This document shows, one piece after another, positions 14,017 through 21,817 of a stretch of DNA of 24,000 nucleotides. Location of the stretch: assembly GCA_011391865.1 (NCBI GenBank), contig JAABPV010000003.1, forward strand, positions 14,726 to 38,725, read 5' to 3'. Positions within the stretch are counted from its first letter, which is position 1; each line of letters opens with the position of its first letter. The position numbers and the translations under genes are program-made. This DNA is from Desulfobulbaceae bacterium (lineage in GTDB: Bacteria; Desulfobacterota; Desulfobulbia; Desulfobulbales; Desulfobulbaceae). Under the pieces are notes generated by a model. The model was not told where the DNA came from and ran no database searches. It was given only the letters and a program-made list of their open reading frames with translations.

Positions 14017-17000
14017 TGAACAATCTTTCGGCAGCTTGCTTGGAACCCTACATCGGCCTGAAACCGTTCACCGAGCAGGAGAAAGACCGCTTTTTTGGCC
14101 GCGACCGCGAGACAAGCATTCTGCTGGATAAAATCCGCGCCAACCGCCTGACCTTGCTGCTGGCGGCCAGCGGCGTTGGCAAAAGCTCGCTGCTGCAAGC
14201 AGGCATCATGCCGGCGTTTCGGGCGGACGGCCATGCGGAACTGATCTATCACAACAGCTGGGCTGCCGAGCCGGGCGCGGCACTCAGGGAAAGCATCCTG
14301 AATCATTACGCCAAACGGCCCGGCCTGAGCGGCTTTGGCGGCGATTTCACCCAGCTTTCCCTGAAAGACACCTTGCTGGCCTGCACCCTCTTCGGCAGCG
14401 GCCAGCAGATTCTGCTGCTTGATCAATTTGAAGAGTTTTTCAACTATCAGCGGTTCCAAAAGGGCTTCAAAGCGTTTGTCGAAGAGCTGAGTGCGGCTGT
14501 TCTTGACCGCAGCCTCCCGGCCTGCTTTGTTTTTTCGATGCGGGAGGACTTCGCCCTTGAACTCAACGCCTTCAAGCCCTTTCTGCCCGGCGTGTTTGAC
14601 AGCTATTTCCGCTTGGAGAAGCTGACCCGCGACCAAGCGCGGCTGGCGATTGAGCAGCCGCTACAGCAAATTGGCTGGAGCTTCGCGCCAAAGCAGGACA
14701 GCAAAGAAGGATTGCTGGAGCAGGTGCTGGATGATCTTGCCAAGCGCGAGCAGGAGCGGCAGTTCGGCGTGCAGGAGCTGCTTGCGCTGCAAGAGCTGCC
14801 CTTGCTGGTGGAGCCGCCGCATTTGCAGATTGTCTGCCGGGAGCTGTGGGACAATCATCGGGATGAGGCGGTCAAGCAAATCACCCATGCGGCCTATCAC
14901 AAGGCTGGTCGGGCTGAAGGCATTTTAGAAACCTACTTTCTCCGCAAGATTTGCCAATTCAGCAAAAAGGAGCAGGTGCTTGCCTCAGCCTCTTTTGATC
15001 ATCTCGTTGGCCAGCGGGCCACCAAAGTGGCGCATCCGCTGGAGCGATTGGCCGAATTGACCCGCGCTGATGCCAATGCGCTGAAGCTGATGCTGGATAA
15101 GCTCCAAGATTGCGCTGTGCTGCGCCGCCAAAAGCGCGGTGAAGAGTTCTGGTACGAGCTGTATCACGACATTTTTTCTGAATCCATTGACAAGTGGAAC
15201 CGGGAATTCAAACATCGGCAGCGAAAGAAACGGCTGGCCGTGGGAACTGCTGCGGTGCTGATTGCAGGCGGCTTGTTATTTGCGGGCAACAACTGGCGGG
15301 CGAATTATTATGGCCGGTATTTGCAGCTGAGTCCAAAGGAAAGCATTTCTGATCGGATCGAAGTGTATCAGGGAACAGAGAAGAGTTTAGATTTGTTTCA
15401 GATACGCAACTTTGGCTATGAAACTCTTTTTCTCCGACAGGAGCTTGAGGCGGACAAGCGGTTTGGAACAAGCCTAATTTATGAGAAAAGCGAAATGCAA
15501 GCCGATATAGTCAGCGACATGCCGATGGTGGAGCGCATTCCTTTCTACATGGCGACAGGATTATACGGAAAAGGCCGCGAACTTGCTGACTCCATTTTGC
15601 GGGAGAACAAAGCGGAGAACATTCAGTTCCTTCCAAAGCACTTTGCACAGGTGCGGACAAAGGCGAGCGTTACCCTATTGTCCAGTTTGTTTGAAAAACA
15701 AAAGCTGAGGGGAGCGGTTATTACAGCTTTCGTCCAGTTAAAATCGAAGTCGTCGGTGCCGGATATGATTGAGATCCTGACCGACTCTGGTTATGGCAAA
15801 ATGAACAGATCTGTGCTCGTCCGGCTGATGTTGGAATTGGCGGTACCGGAGATCGTCAAACTCTTAGAGGACAGAGATAAAGATGAAAGTGTGCGGAGTG
15901 CGGCAGTCAGTGCCCTCGGCGAGCTGAAGGCGGACTCGGCGGTGCCGGAGATCGTCAAACTTCTGACGGACAGCGAGTCAAACGTGCGGAGTGCGGCAGC
16001 CAGCACCCTCGGCGAGCTGAAGGCCAAGGCTGCGGCTCAAGATATCGTCAGACTCCTGAGAGACAGCGATATAAACGTGCGGAATGCGGCGGTCAAAGCT
16101 CTCGGCAAACTGAAGGCCAAGGCAGCGGCCCAAGATATCGTCAGGCTCCTGACGGACAGCGATGAATACGTGCGGATAAGTGCGGTCTCCGCCCTCAGTG
16201 AGCTGAAGGCGGACTCGGCGGTGCCGGAGATCGTCAAACTTCTGACGGACAGCAATGAATACGTGCGGAGTGTGGCGGTCGAAGCTCTCGGCAAACTGAA
16301 GGCCAAGGCAGCGGCCCAAGATATCGTCAGGCTCCTGACGGACAGCGATCCAAACGTGCGGAGTGCGGCAGCCAAAGCCATAGGTAAACTGAAGGTGGAC
16401 TCGGCGGTGCCCGATATCGTCAAACTTCTGACGGACAGCAATGAATACGTGCGGAGTACGGCGGTCGAAGCTCTCGGCAAACTGAAGGCCAAGGCAGCGG
16501 CCCAAGATATCGTCAGGCTCCTGACGGACCGCAATAGAAACGTGCAGGAAGAGGCAGCCAAAGCCATAGGTAAACTGAAGGTGGAGGCGGTGACAACGGA
16601 GATTGTCAAGCTCTTGGCGGACAGCGATCCAGACGTGAGGAGTACGGCGGTCGCAGCTCTTCGCAAACTGAAGGCGGAGTCGGCGGTGATAACGGAGATT
16701 ATTAATCTCTTGAGAAACAGCAATGCAGACGTGCGGAGTACGGCGTTTTACGCCCTCGGCGAGCTGAAGGCGGACTCGGCGGTGCCGGAGATCGTCAAAC
16801 TTCTGACGGACAGCGATTCAGACGTGCGGCATAAGGCGGTCTTCGCTCTCGGCAAGATGAAAGCAGAGGCGGCAGTGCCGGAGATCGTCAAACTTCTGAC
16901 GGACAGCAGTTCAGACGTGCGGAGGGCGGCGGTCAAAGCCCTCGGCGAGCTGAAGGCGGACACGGCGGTGTCGGAGATCGCCAGGCTTTTGGAGGACAGC

Positions 17001-18512
17001 AATGAAGAAGTGCGCGGTAGAGCAATCGAAGCCCTCGGCAAGCTGAAGGCGGACTCGGCGGCACCAGAGATCATCAAACTCTGGGCAGGCAGCGATTCCA
17101 ACGTGCGGATTCCGGCGGTTGAAGCTTTCGGCAAGCTGAAGGCGGACTCGGCGGTGCCAGATATCGTTAAGCTTCTGGTGGACAGCGATTACAACGATAA
17201 ATACGTGTGGAGTGGGGCAGTCGAAGCCCTCGGCGAGCTGAAGGCGGACTCAGCGGTGCCGGAGATCGTCAAGCTCCTGACGGACAGCGGTTGGGACGTG
17301 CGGAGGGCGGCGGTCAAAGCCCTCGGCGAGCTGAAGGCGGAAACGGCAGTGCCGGAGATCGTCAGGCTCCTGACGGACAGCGATTCAGACGACGTGCGGC
17401 TTCAAGCAGCTCTTGCTTTGGCAAGGATGAATGATTCCTCTCCTCAGCTTCAGGCTTGGCGGGAGCAGGCGTTCAAGGAGGCGGAGGAGAAAATTGCCGA
17501 TGATGAAAAAAAAGAGGCAGCCGAACTTCTTGCCCCTGTTTTCACCGCGCAGGCCGCAACGCTGCTTGCCCAGCTTATGGATGATGCGGATCAGAATGTG
17601 GCGCAAGAGGCGGTTAAGGCCATTGGCTTTGCCGCCGAATTCCATCCTGAATGGATTCCAAAAGACAAGCTGCTGGCCTTGCTCAAGCATCCTGAAATAG
17701 ACATGCGGGAAACGGCTGTCACCAGCCTTGGCCAGCTCATCGCCTTCCGGGGCGAGAAAAAGGCTGCAAATTTTCCAGAGCTGGATCAGCGCGTCCGCAA
17801 TGTTCTTTCCAGCCTGATCAAAGATACGCAGCAGAAAACCAGCATCCGAGCGACCGCCATTGATGCCTTTGGCGACACCGGACGGGAAGAATGCGCGCAA
17901 TTCCTGTTCGAGCTGCTGCCCGCATTCGACCGCAGCAAGGAGGAATCCCTGCACTCGCGCTGCATCTTCTGGCTTGGCCGCATGAACCACGCCCCGGCCC
18001 GCGACTACGTGGAAGACGAGCTGCGCAAGCTGGAACAGGCCAAGGCGGAATGGCGCGAGCAGCGCGACCAGAACAGCGGCAGCATCGCGGACAAAGATGA
18101 TGCGTGGTGGCAGGTGCGGGAATACCGCCTCGGCAGCGCATTGGCCCGCATCGCTTCAGCAGAACGCGGGATTGAGCTGCTCGGTCATCCGCTGCATTAT
18201 GTACGCCAAGCGGCTGTCCGCGCCTTGGCAGGCAAGGCCGACGCTGACTTGATCGGCAAAATCATCCACGCCCACCAAAACTTCGACCCGGACGACCTGC
18301 CTTCGCCCTTCCCCTATACCGCCTTCCAAGCCATTGACCTCGCATTGTGGAATTTGGAATACACCGGCACGGCGGCTGATCTGGCCAAACTAAAAACCAT
18401 CCTCAGCACCGTCCCAGAAAAAAGCAATATTCCCGGCCAAGACGGGGCAATCAAAGAACGGCTGGAGTGGACGATTGAGCGGCTGCAAAGCAAAACAGCC
18501 GAGCGCAAATAA
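14016..18512 (+). CDS. nSTAND-type (novel STAND) P-loop NTPase, single predicted TM helix, long HEAT/PBS-lyase-like repeat array
   Basis: 1498 aa. N-terminal hallmark PYIGLKPFTEQEKDRFFGRDRE. Walker A LLLAASGVGKSS (K56). Walker B ILLLDQFEEFF. PHLQIVCRELW and WYELYHDIF...W motifs are typical of this STAND clade. KHRQRKKR is followed by LAVGTAAVLIAGGLLFAG (aa 407-424). Then come 17 regular 31-aa units of the form ADSAVPEIVKLLTDSxxxVRxAAVxALGELK, plus degenerate HEAT-like units to the C-terminus. Confidence 0.85.
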   Translation: MNNLSAACLEPYIGLKPFTEQEKDRFFGRDRETSILLDKIRANRLTLLLAASGVGKSSLLQAGIMPAFRADGHAELIYHNSWAAEPGAALRESILNHYAKRPGLSGFGGDFTQLSLKDTLLACTLFGSGQQILLLDQFEEFFNYQRFQKGFKAFVEELSAAVLDRSLPACFVFSMREDFALELNAFKPFLPGVFDSYFRLEKLTRDQARLAIEQPLQQIGWSFAPKQDSKEGLLEQVLDDLAKREQERQFGVQELLALQELPLLVEPPHLQIVCRELWDNHRDEAVKQITHAAYHKAGRAEGILETYFLRKICQFSKKEQVLASASFDHLVGQRATKVAHPLERLAELTRADANALKLMLDKLQDCAVLRRQKRGEEFWYELYHDIFSESIDKWNREFKHRQRKKRLAVGTAAVLIAGGLLFAGNNWRANYYGRYLQLSPKESISDRIEVYQGTEKSLDLFQIRNFGYETLFLRQELEADKRFGTSLIYEKSEMQADIVSDMPMVERIPFYMATGLYGKGRELADSILRENKAENIQFLPKHFAQVRTKASVTLLSSLFEKQKLRGAVITAFVQLKSKSSVPDMIEILTDSGYGKMNRSVLVRLMLELAVPEIVKLLEDRDKDESVRSAAVSALGELKADSAVPEIVKLLTDSESNVRSAAASTLGELKAKAAAQDIVRLLRDSDINVRNAAVKALGKLKAKAAAQDIVRLLTDSDEYVRISAVSALSELKADSAVPEIVKLLTDSNEYVRSVAVEALGKLKAKAAAQDIVRLLTDSDPNVRSAAAKAIGKLKVDSAVPDIVKLLTDSNEYVRSTAVEALGKLKAKAAAQDIVRLLTDRNRNVQEEAAKAIGKLKVEAVTTEIVKLLADSDPDVRSTAVAALRKLKAESAVITEIINLLRNSNADVRSTAFYALGELKADSAVPEIVKLLTDSDSDVRHKAVFALGKMKAEAAVPEIVKLLTDSSSDVRRAAVKALGELKADTAVSEIARLLEDSNEEVRGRAIEALGKLKADSAAPEIIKLWAGSDSNVRIPAVEAFGKLKADSAVPDIVKLLVDSDYNDKYVWSGAVEALGELKADSAVPEIVKLLTDSGWDVRRAAVKALGELKAETAVPEIVRLLTDSDSDDVRLQAALALARMNDSSPQLQAWREQAFKEAEEKIADDEKKEAAELLAPVFTAQAATLLAQLMDDADQNVAQEAVKAIGFAAEFHPEWIPKDKLLALLKHPEIDMRETAVTSLGQLIAFRGEKKAANFPELDQRVRNVLSSLIKDTQQKTSIRATAIDAFGDTGREECAQFLFELLPAFDRSKEESLHSRCIFWLGRMNHAPARDYVEDELRKLEQAKAEWREQRDQNSGSIADKDDAWWQVREYRLGSALARIASAERGIELLGHPLHYVRQAAVRALAGKADADLIGKIIHAHQNFDPDDLPSPFPYTAFQAIDLALWNLEYTGTAADLAKLKTILSTVPEKSNIPGQDGAIKERLEWTIERLQSKTAERK
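15840..17432 (+). repeat. Intragenic 93-bp (31-aa) tandem repeats, 17 units, with a 186-bp two-unit higher-order period
   Basis: Strings such as gcggactcggcggtgccggagatcgtcaaacttctgacggacagc recur almost verbatim. 16209-16394 and 16395-16580 are near-identical at the nucleotide level. Unit types alternate: ADSAVPEIVKLL and AKAAAQDIVRLL. Confidence 0.9.
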
Positions 18513-18537
18513 CAAACCGCTGCTTCGCCATGACAAT

Positions 18538-19326
18538 ATGACAGCACCAATCCTCGATGTCATCGGCCTGACGATGAAATTTGGCGGCATCCGCGCCTTG
18601 GACGGGCTTGATCTGCGCGTCCGGCAGGGCGAGATTGCCGCGCTGATCGGCCCCAACGGCGCGGGCAAGACCACCTTTTTCAACTGCGTCACCGGCATCT
18701 GCAAGCCGACTTCCGGCCAAATTCATCTTCATCCGCCCGGCGGCAACGCGGTGCGCCTCAACGGCCTTGCCCCGCACAAGGTGACGCAGGCCGGAATGGC
18801 CCGCACCTTCCAGAACATCCGCCTTTTCCCGGAAATGACCGTGCTGGAAAATGTGATGATCGGGCGGCACTGCCGGACAAAAGCCGGACTGCTCGGCGCG
18901 ATTTTCCGCGACAAACGGACGCGGCAGGAGGAGCAGGAAACGGCAGCCCGCTCTTTTGCTCTACTGGAGAAGACAGGATTGGCTGCGTCTGCCGATGAGC
19001 TGGCGAAAAATCTGCCTTACGGGGCGCAGCGGAAGCTGGAAATCGCCCGCGCCTTGGCCACAGAGCCGCTGCTGCTGCTCTTGGACGAGCCTGCGGCGGG
19101 CATGAATCCGCAGGAAACTGCCGAATTAGACAGCCTGATCTGTGCCATCCGCGATGAAGGCATCTCCATTCTTCTGATCGAGCACGACATGAAATTGGTG
19201 ATGAGCCTCGCTGATCACATCTTTGTCATGGACTATGGCCGGAAAATCGCTGAAGGAAAGCCGGAGGAGGTGCGCCGCTGCCCGGAGGTGATCCGGGCCT
19301 ATCTTGGAGATGAGGCCGAGAGCTGA
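18538..19326 (+). CDS. livG: Branched-chain amino acid ABC transporter ATP-binding protein LivG
   Basis: MTAPILDVIGLTMKFGGIRALDGLDLRVRQGEIAALIGPNGAGKTTFFN (Walker A), the LivG-type signature LPYGAQRKLEIARAL, Walker B LLLLDEPAAGMN and LIEHDM. Start taken at ATG 18538 rather than the track's 18475, which overlaps the upstream gene. Confidence 0.9.
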   Translation: MTAPILDVIGLTMKFGGIRALDGLDLRVRQGEIAALIGPNGAGKTTFFNCVTGICKPTSGQIHLHPPGGNAVRLNGLAPHKVTQAGMARTFQNIRLFPEMTVLENVMIGRHCRTKAGLLGAIFRDKRTRQEEQETAARSFALLEKTGLAASADELAKNLPYGAQRKLEIARALATEPLLLLLDEPAAGMNPQETAELDSLICAIRDEGISILLIEHDMKLVMSLADHIFVMDYGRKIAEGKPEEVRRCPEVIRAYLGDEAES

Positions 19327-19328
19327 CG

Positions 19329-20063
19329 ATGCGAATCTGGGACATCAGTCCGGGTTATCTCAATCGGCAGAGCCTGCTGGGCGAGCACCGGGAACTGCAC
19401 GGCATTGTCTCCATCTTGACGCACGGCAAGAAGGGCTATTCCCGCCACCCGGAAACACTGCGCTGGACAAGCTGCTTGCAGGCTCTGGCGCGGCGGCATC
19501 AGCAGCTTGCCTGCGAGATGGCCTTGCGGGGCTTCCGGGAACAGTCGCCGGTGGCTGGTTCATCTGACGGCGATGCCGCATGGCCTGCGGTGTATCTCGA
19601 CGAGCCTGCGGCGCAGTTTGCGCGGCTCAAAGAAAAATATGCCGGGCGAGAAACAGGCCGGATTCCCCTGCCGCGCAATGCCCAGCAGCTCTGGAGCCAG
19701 CATAAATATTCGGTGCTGGCCCGCGATGTCCAGCTGTATAAGGAAACAGGGCGGCAGACGGCCAGCGGCACGGCGGATTTTACCCAGCTTGCCCGGCAGC
19801 TGTCTGAGCTGCTGCGGCAGCCGCCCACGACTGGAGGTTTGAAAAACGCCCTTCAGCACATGTGGGGCCATGTCGCGGAGCTGCCACCCGCGCCGGAGGA
19901 AAACCCGGCAACTTGGTCGTGGAGAAAACTGCTGGGGGAAACGCAGATGCGGGCCATGCGGCACGGCGAGCCGTACCTGAGCGTCTCCACCGCATTGAGC
20001 GAACTGATGGTGTGGACAGTGGAAATCTTTCCTGATCAGCCGAAGGCCAGCCGCTGCGCATGA
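19329..20063 (+). CDS. Pyrimidine-dimer DNA glycosylase / endonuclease V (DenV-like) family protein with a C-terminal extension
   Basis: MRIWDISPGYLNRQSLLGEHRELHGIVSIL...GYSRHPETLRW matches the characteristic N-terminus of the Pyr_excise family. The ATG is 2 nt after the livG stop. Confidence 0.7.
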   Translation: MRIWDISPGYLNRQSLLGEHRELHGIVSILTHGKKGYSRHPETLRWTSCLQALARRHQQLACEMALRGFREQSPVAGSSDGDAAWPAVYLDEPAAQFARLKEKYAGRETGRIPLPRNAQQLWSQHKYSVLARDVQLYKETGRQTASGTADFTQLARQLSELLRQPPTTGGLKNALQHMWGHVAELPPAPEENPATWSWRKLLGETQMRAMRHGEPYLSVSTALSELMVWTVEIFPDQPKASRCA

Positions 20064-20509
20064 CAGACCGCCACGGCCAGCGCGTCAGCAGCATCGCTGC
20101 TGGGCGGGCCGCTGAGTTCGAGCAGCACTTGAATCATGTGCTGCACCTGCTCTTTCTCGGCGTGACCGTGGCCGGTCACGGCTTGCTTGACTAAACGCGG
20201 CGGATAGCCATGCACCGGCAGTCCCTGCCGCAGCAGCGCGACCACCGCCGCGCCCCGCGCCTGACCGAGCTTGAGGGCGGAGCGGGCGTTATGGGAAACG
20301 AAAACATCTTCCACCGCTGCGGCCTCCGGTCTGTGCCGCTCAATCACCTCGGACAGGCCGTCAAAAATAACCAGCAGCCGCCGGGTGAAATCCTTCTCAC
20401 GCTCGGCACGGATGGTGCCGCAAGCGACAAAGCCGAGGCTCGGCCCCAGCTTGTCAATAATCCCGTAGCCGGTGATCCGCGAGCCGGGATCAATTCCGAT
20501 GATCCGCAA
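20036..20509 (-). CDS. ruvC: Holliday junction resolvase RuvC
   Basis: (TTG start) MRIIGIDPGSRITGYGII... AVEDVFVSHNARSALKLGQARG ... AEKEQVQHMI ... SDAADALAVAVCH. Canonical RuvC motifs. Confidence 0.9.
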   Translation of the reverse strand: MRIIGIDPGSRITGYGIIDKLGPSLGFVACGTIRAEREKDFTRRLLVIFDGLSEVIERHRPEAAAVEDVFVSHNARSALKLGQARGAAVVALLRQGLPVHGYPPRLVKQAVTGHGHAEKEQVQHMIQVLLELSGPPSSDAADALAVAVCHAQRLAFG

Positions 20510-20517
20510 CGGCAGGG

Positions 20518-21267
20518 CTATGACAGCTTCTCCATCAACTCTTCGGAGATGTCGAAGTTGGCGTGCACTTTCTGCACGTCGTCGTGATCCTCAAGGCTTT
20601 CCAACAGCTTGAGCAAATTAGCGGCGGTCTTCTCCTCGGTGACTTCAATGGTGTTCTTCGGCACCATCAGAATGCTCGCCTCGCTCATCTTGACCTTGCT
20701 CTTTTCCAGCTGCTCGACCACCGCGTTGAAGTCCTCCGGCGCAGTGTAAATCTGGAAGCCGTCTTCCTCGTTCACCACGTCCTCGGCCCCGGCCTCCAAG
20801 GCCAGCTCCATCAGCTGCTCCTCGTTCACGCCTGTCGCATCAACGCTGATCACGCCGCGCTTGTCGAACATCCAGCCCACGCAGCCGTTTTCGCCGAGGT
20901 TGCCGTTGTTCTTGGCGAAGAAATGACGAATATCCGCCACCGTGCGGTTCTTGTTGTCGGTCATGGTCTCAACCAGCACCGCCACGCCGCCCGGCCCGTA
21001 GCCCTCGTAGAGGATTTCATCATAAACCGCGTCGCCCAGCTCGCCGGAACCTTTTTTGATCGCCCGCTCGATGTTCTCCTTGGGCATGTTCTCGGTCTTG
21101 GCCGCGTTCACCGCGCTGCGCAGACGGGGATTGCCGTCAATGTCGCCGCCGCCCATCCGGGCCGCAACCATAATCTCTTTGATCAGTTTGGTGAAAATCT
21201 TGCCCCGCTTCGCATCCAGAGCACCTTTCTTCCTTTTGATGGTGCTCCATTTAGAATGTCCTGACAT
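20518..21267 (-). CDS. yebC: YebC/PmpR family DNA-binding transcriptional regulator
   Basis: [32 protein letters not shown]...[12 protein letters not shown]...[23 protein letters not shown]. Textbook YebC. It sits upstream of ruvC, as in many bacteria. Confidence 0.92.
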   Translation of the reverse strand: MSGHSKWSTIKRKKGALDAKRGKIFTKLIKEIMVAARMGGGDIDGNPRLRSAVNAAKTENMPKENIERAIKKGSGELGDAVYDEILYEGYGPGGVAVLVETMTDNKNRTVADIRHFFAKNNGNLGENGCVGWMFDKRGVISVDATGVNEEQLMELALEAGAEDVVNEEDGFQIYTAPEDFNAVVEQLEKSKVKMSEASILMVPKNTIEVTEEKTAANLLKLLESLEDHDDVQKVHANFDISEELMEKLS

Positions 21268-21293
21268 TACTTGTTCTCCGTCGTTATTGCGCT

Positions 21294-21314
21294 AAAACCG
21301 GCAGTGCCGGTGAA
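21294..21314 (-). terminator. Weak hairpin with T-run after hicA (minus strand)
   Basis: Minus-strand reading: caccgg-cactg-ccggt, followed by tttt. Short stem. Confidence 0.3.
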
Positions 21315-21318
21315 TTTT

Positions 21319-21537
21319 TTATTCAAATACAGAACGAGCAAGACCTGACTGCCGAATAATGGACAGCAAGGTGCCAGTTTTGATCTCTTTATGGTCTGGC
21401 ACAGGAACGGTGATTGTGCTGCCCGCAATTTCTTTCTGCATGACAACATGGCTTCCTCTCCTTCTGGCTTCCTGAAAGCCATGTTCAGCAAGAAGCTGAC
21501 AGAGTTCCCGGCCTGAAAAGACTCTGATTCTGCCCAA
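21319..21537 (-). CDS. hicA: HicA-family mRNA interferase toxin
   Basis: (TTG start after GGAGGTGA) GRIRVFSGRELCQLLAEHGFQEARRRGSHVVMQK...VPVPDHKEIKTGTLLSIIRQSGL is a typical HicA dsRBD-like sequence with the conserved GSH. Confidence 0.8.
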   Translation of the reverse strand: MGRIRVFSGRELCQLLAEHGFQEARRRGSHVVMQKEIAGSTITVPVPDHKEIKTGTLLSIIRQSGLARSVFE

Positions 21538-21751
21538 CAGTCACCTCCAGATAGGTCACATACACTTCCTCATGCAAACGGGCGTTGATTTCCTCCGGCG
21601 AGGCGGTTTCAAAAAACAGTTCCAAGGCTTCTTTCAAGTTTGCCCGCGCCTCGCCGACAGTGTCTCCTTGGCTGGCCACATCTACTTCCGGGCATAATGC
21701 CACGTAACCGTCACCTTCTCTTTCTATAATGGCTGTCAGCTGCCGTGTCAT
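21485..21751 (-). CDS. hicB: HicB-family antitoxin (UPF0150-type)
   Basis: MTRQLTAIIEREGDGYVALCPEVDVASQGDTVGEARANLKEALELFFETASPEE. A classical short HicB. Its reading frame continues 53 nt into hicA. Confidence 0.75.
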   Translation of the reverse strand: MTRQLTAIIEREGDGYVALCPEVDVASQGDTVGEARANLKEALELFFETASPEEINARLHEEVYVTYLEVTVGQNQSLFRPGTLSASC

Positions 21752-21817
21752 TGCATTCTCTCCATTATCAGATGCGCCTGTTGCCGAATTATGCCACTGA
21801 AAATGATGCTGATTCTT

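Noticed and set aside
13364-14636. ORFs through array 2: 13364-14023 (-), 13743-14636 (-), 13673-13921 (+) and 13925-14131 (+). Some give NxT/S-F heptads
   Set aside because: The repeat-artefact logic for array 1 applies here too. The long minus-strand ORFs are also antisense to well-supported genes: the protease-SIR2-like gene and the STAND NTPase gene.
13660-17432. Equal counts: about 17 periods in the DNA array and 17 regular HEAT units in the adjacent protein
   Set aside because: This is probably coincidence. The array count includes degenerate end units and the protein has additional degenerate HEAT units. I know of no mechanism linking the two.
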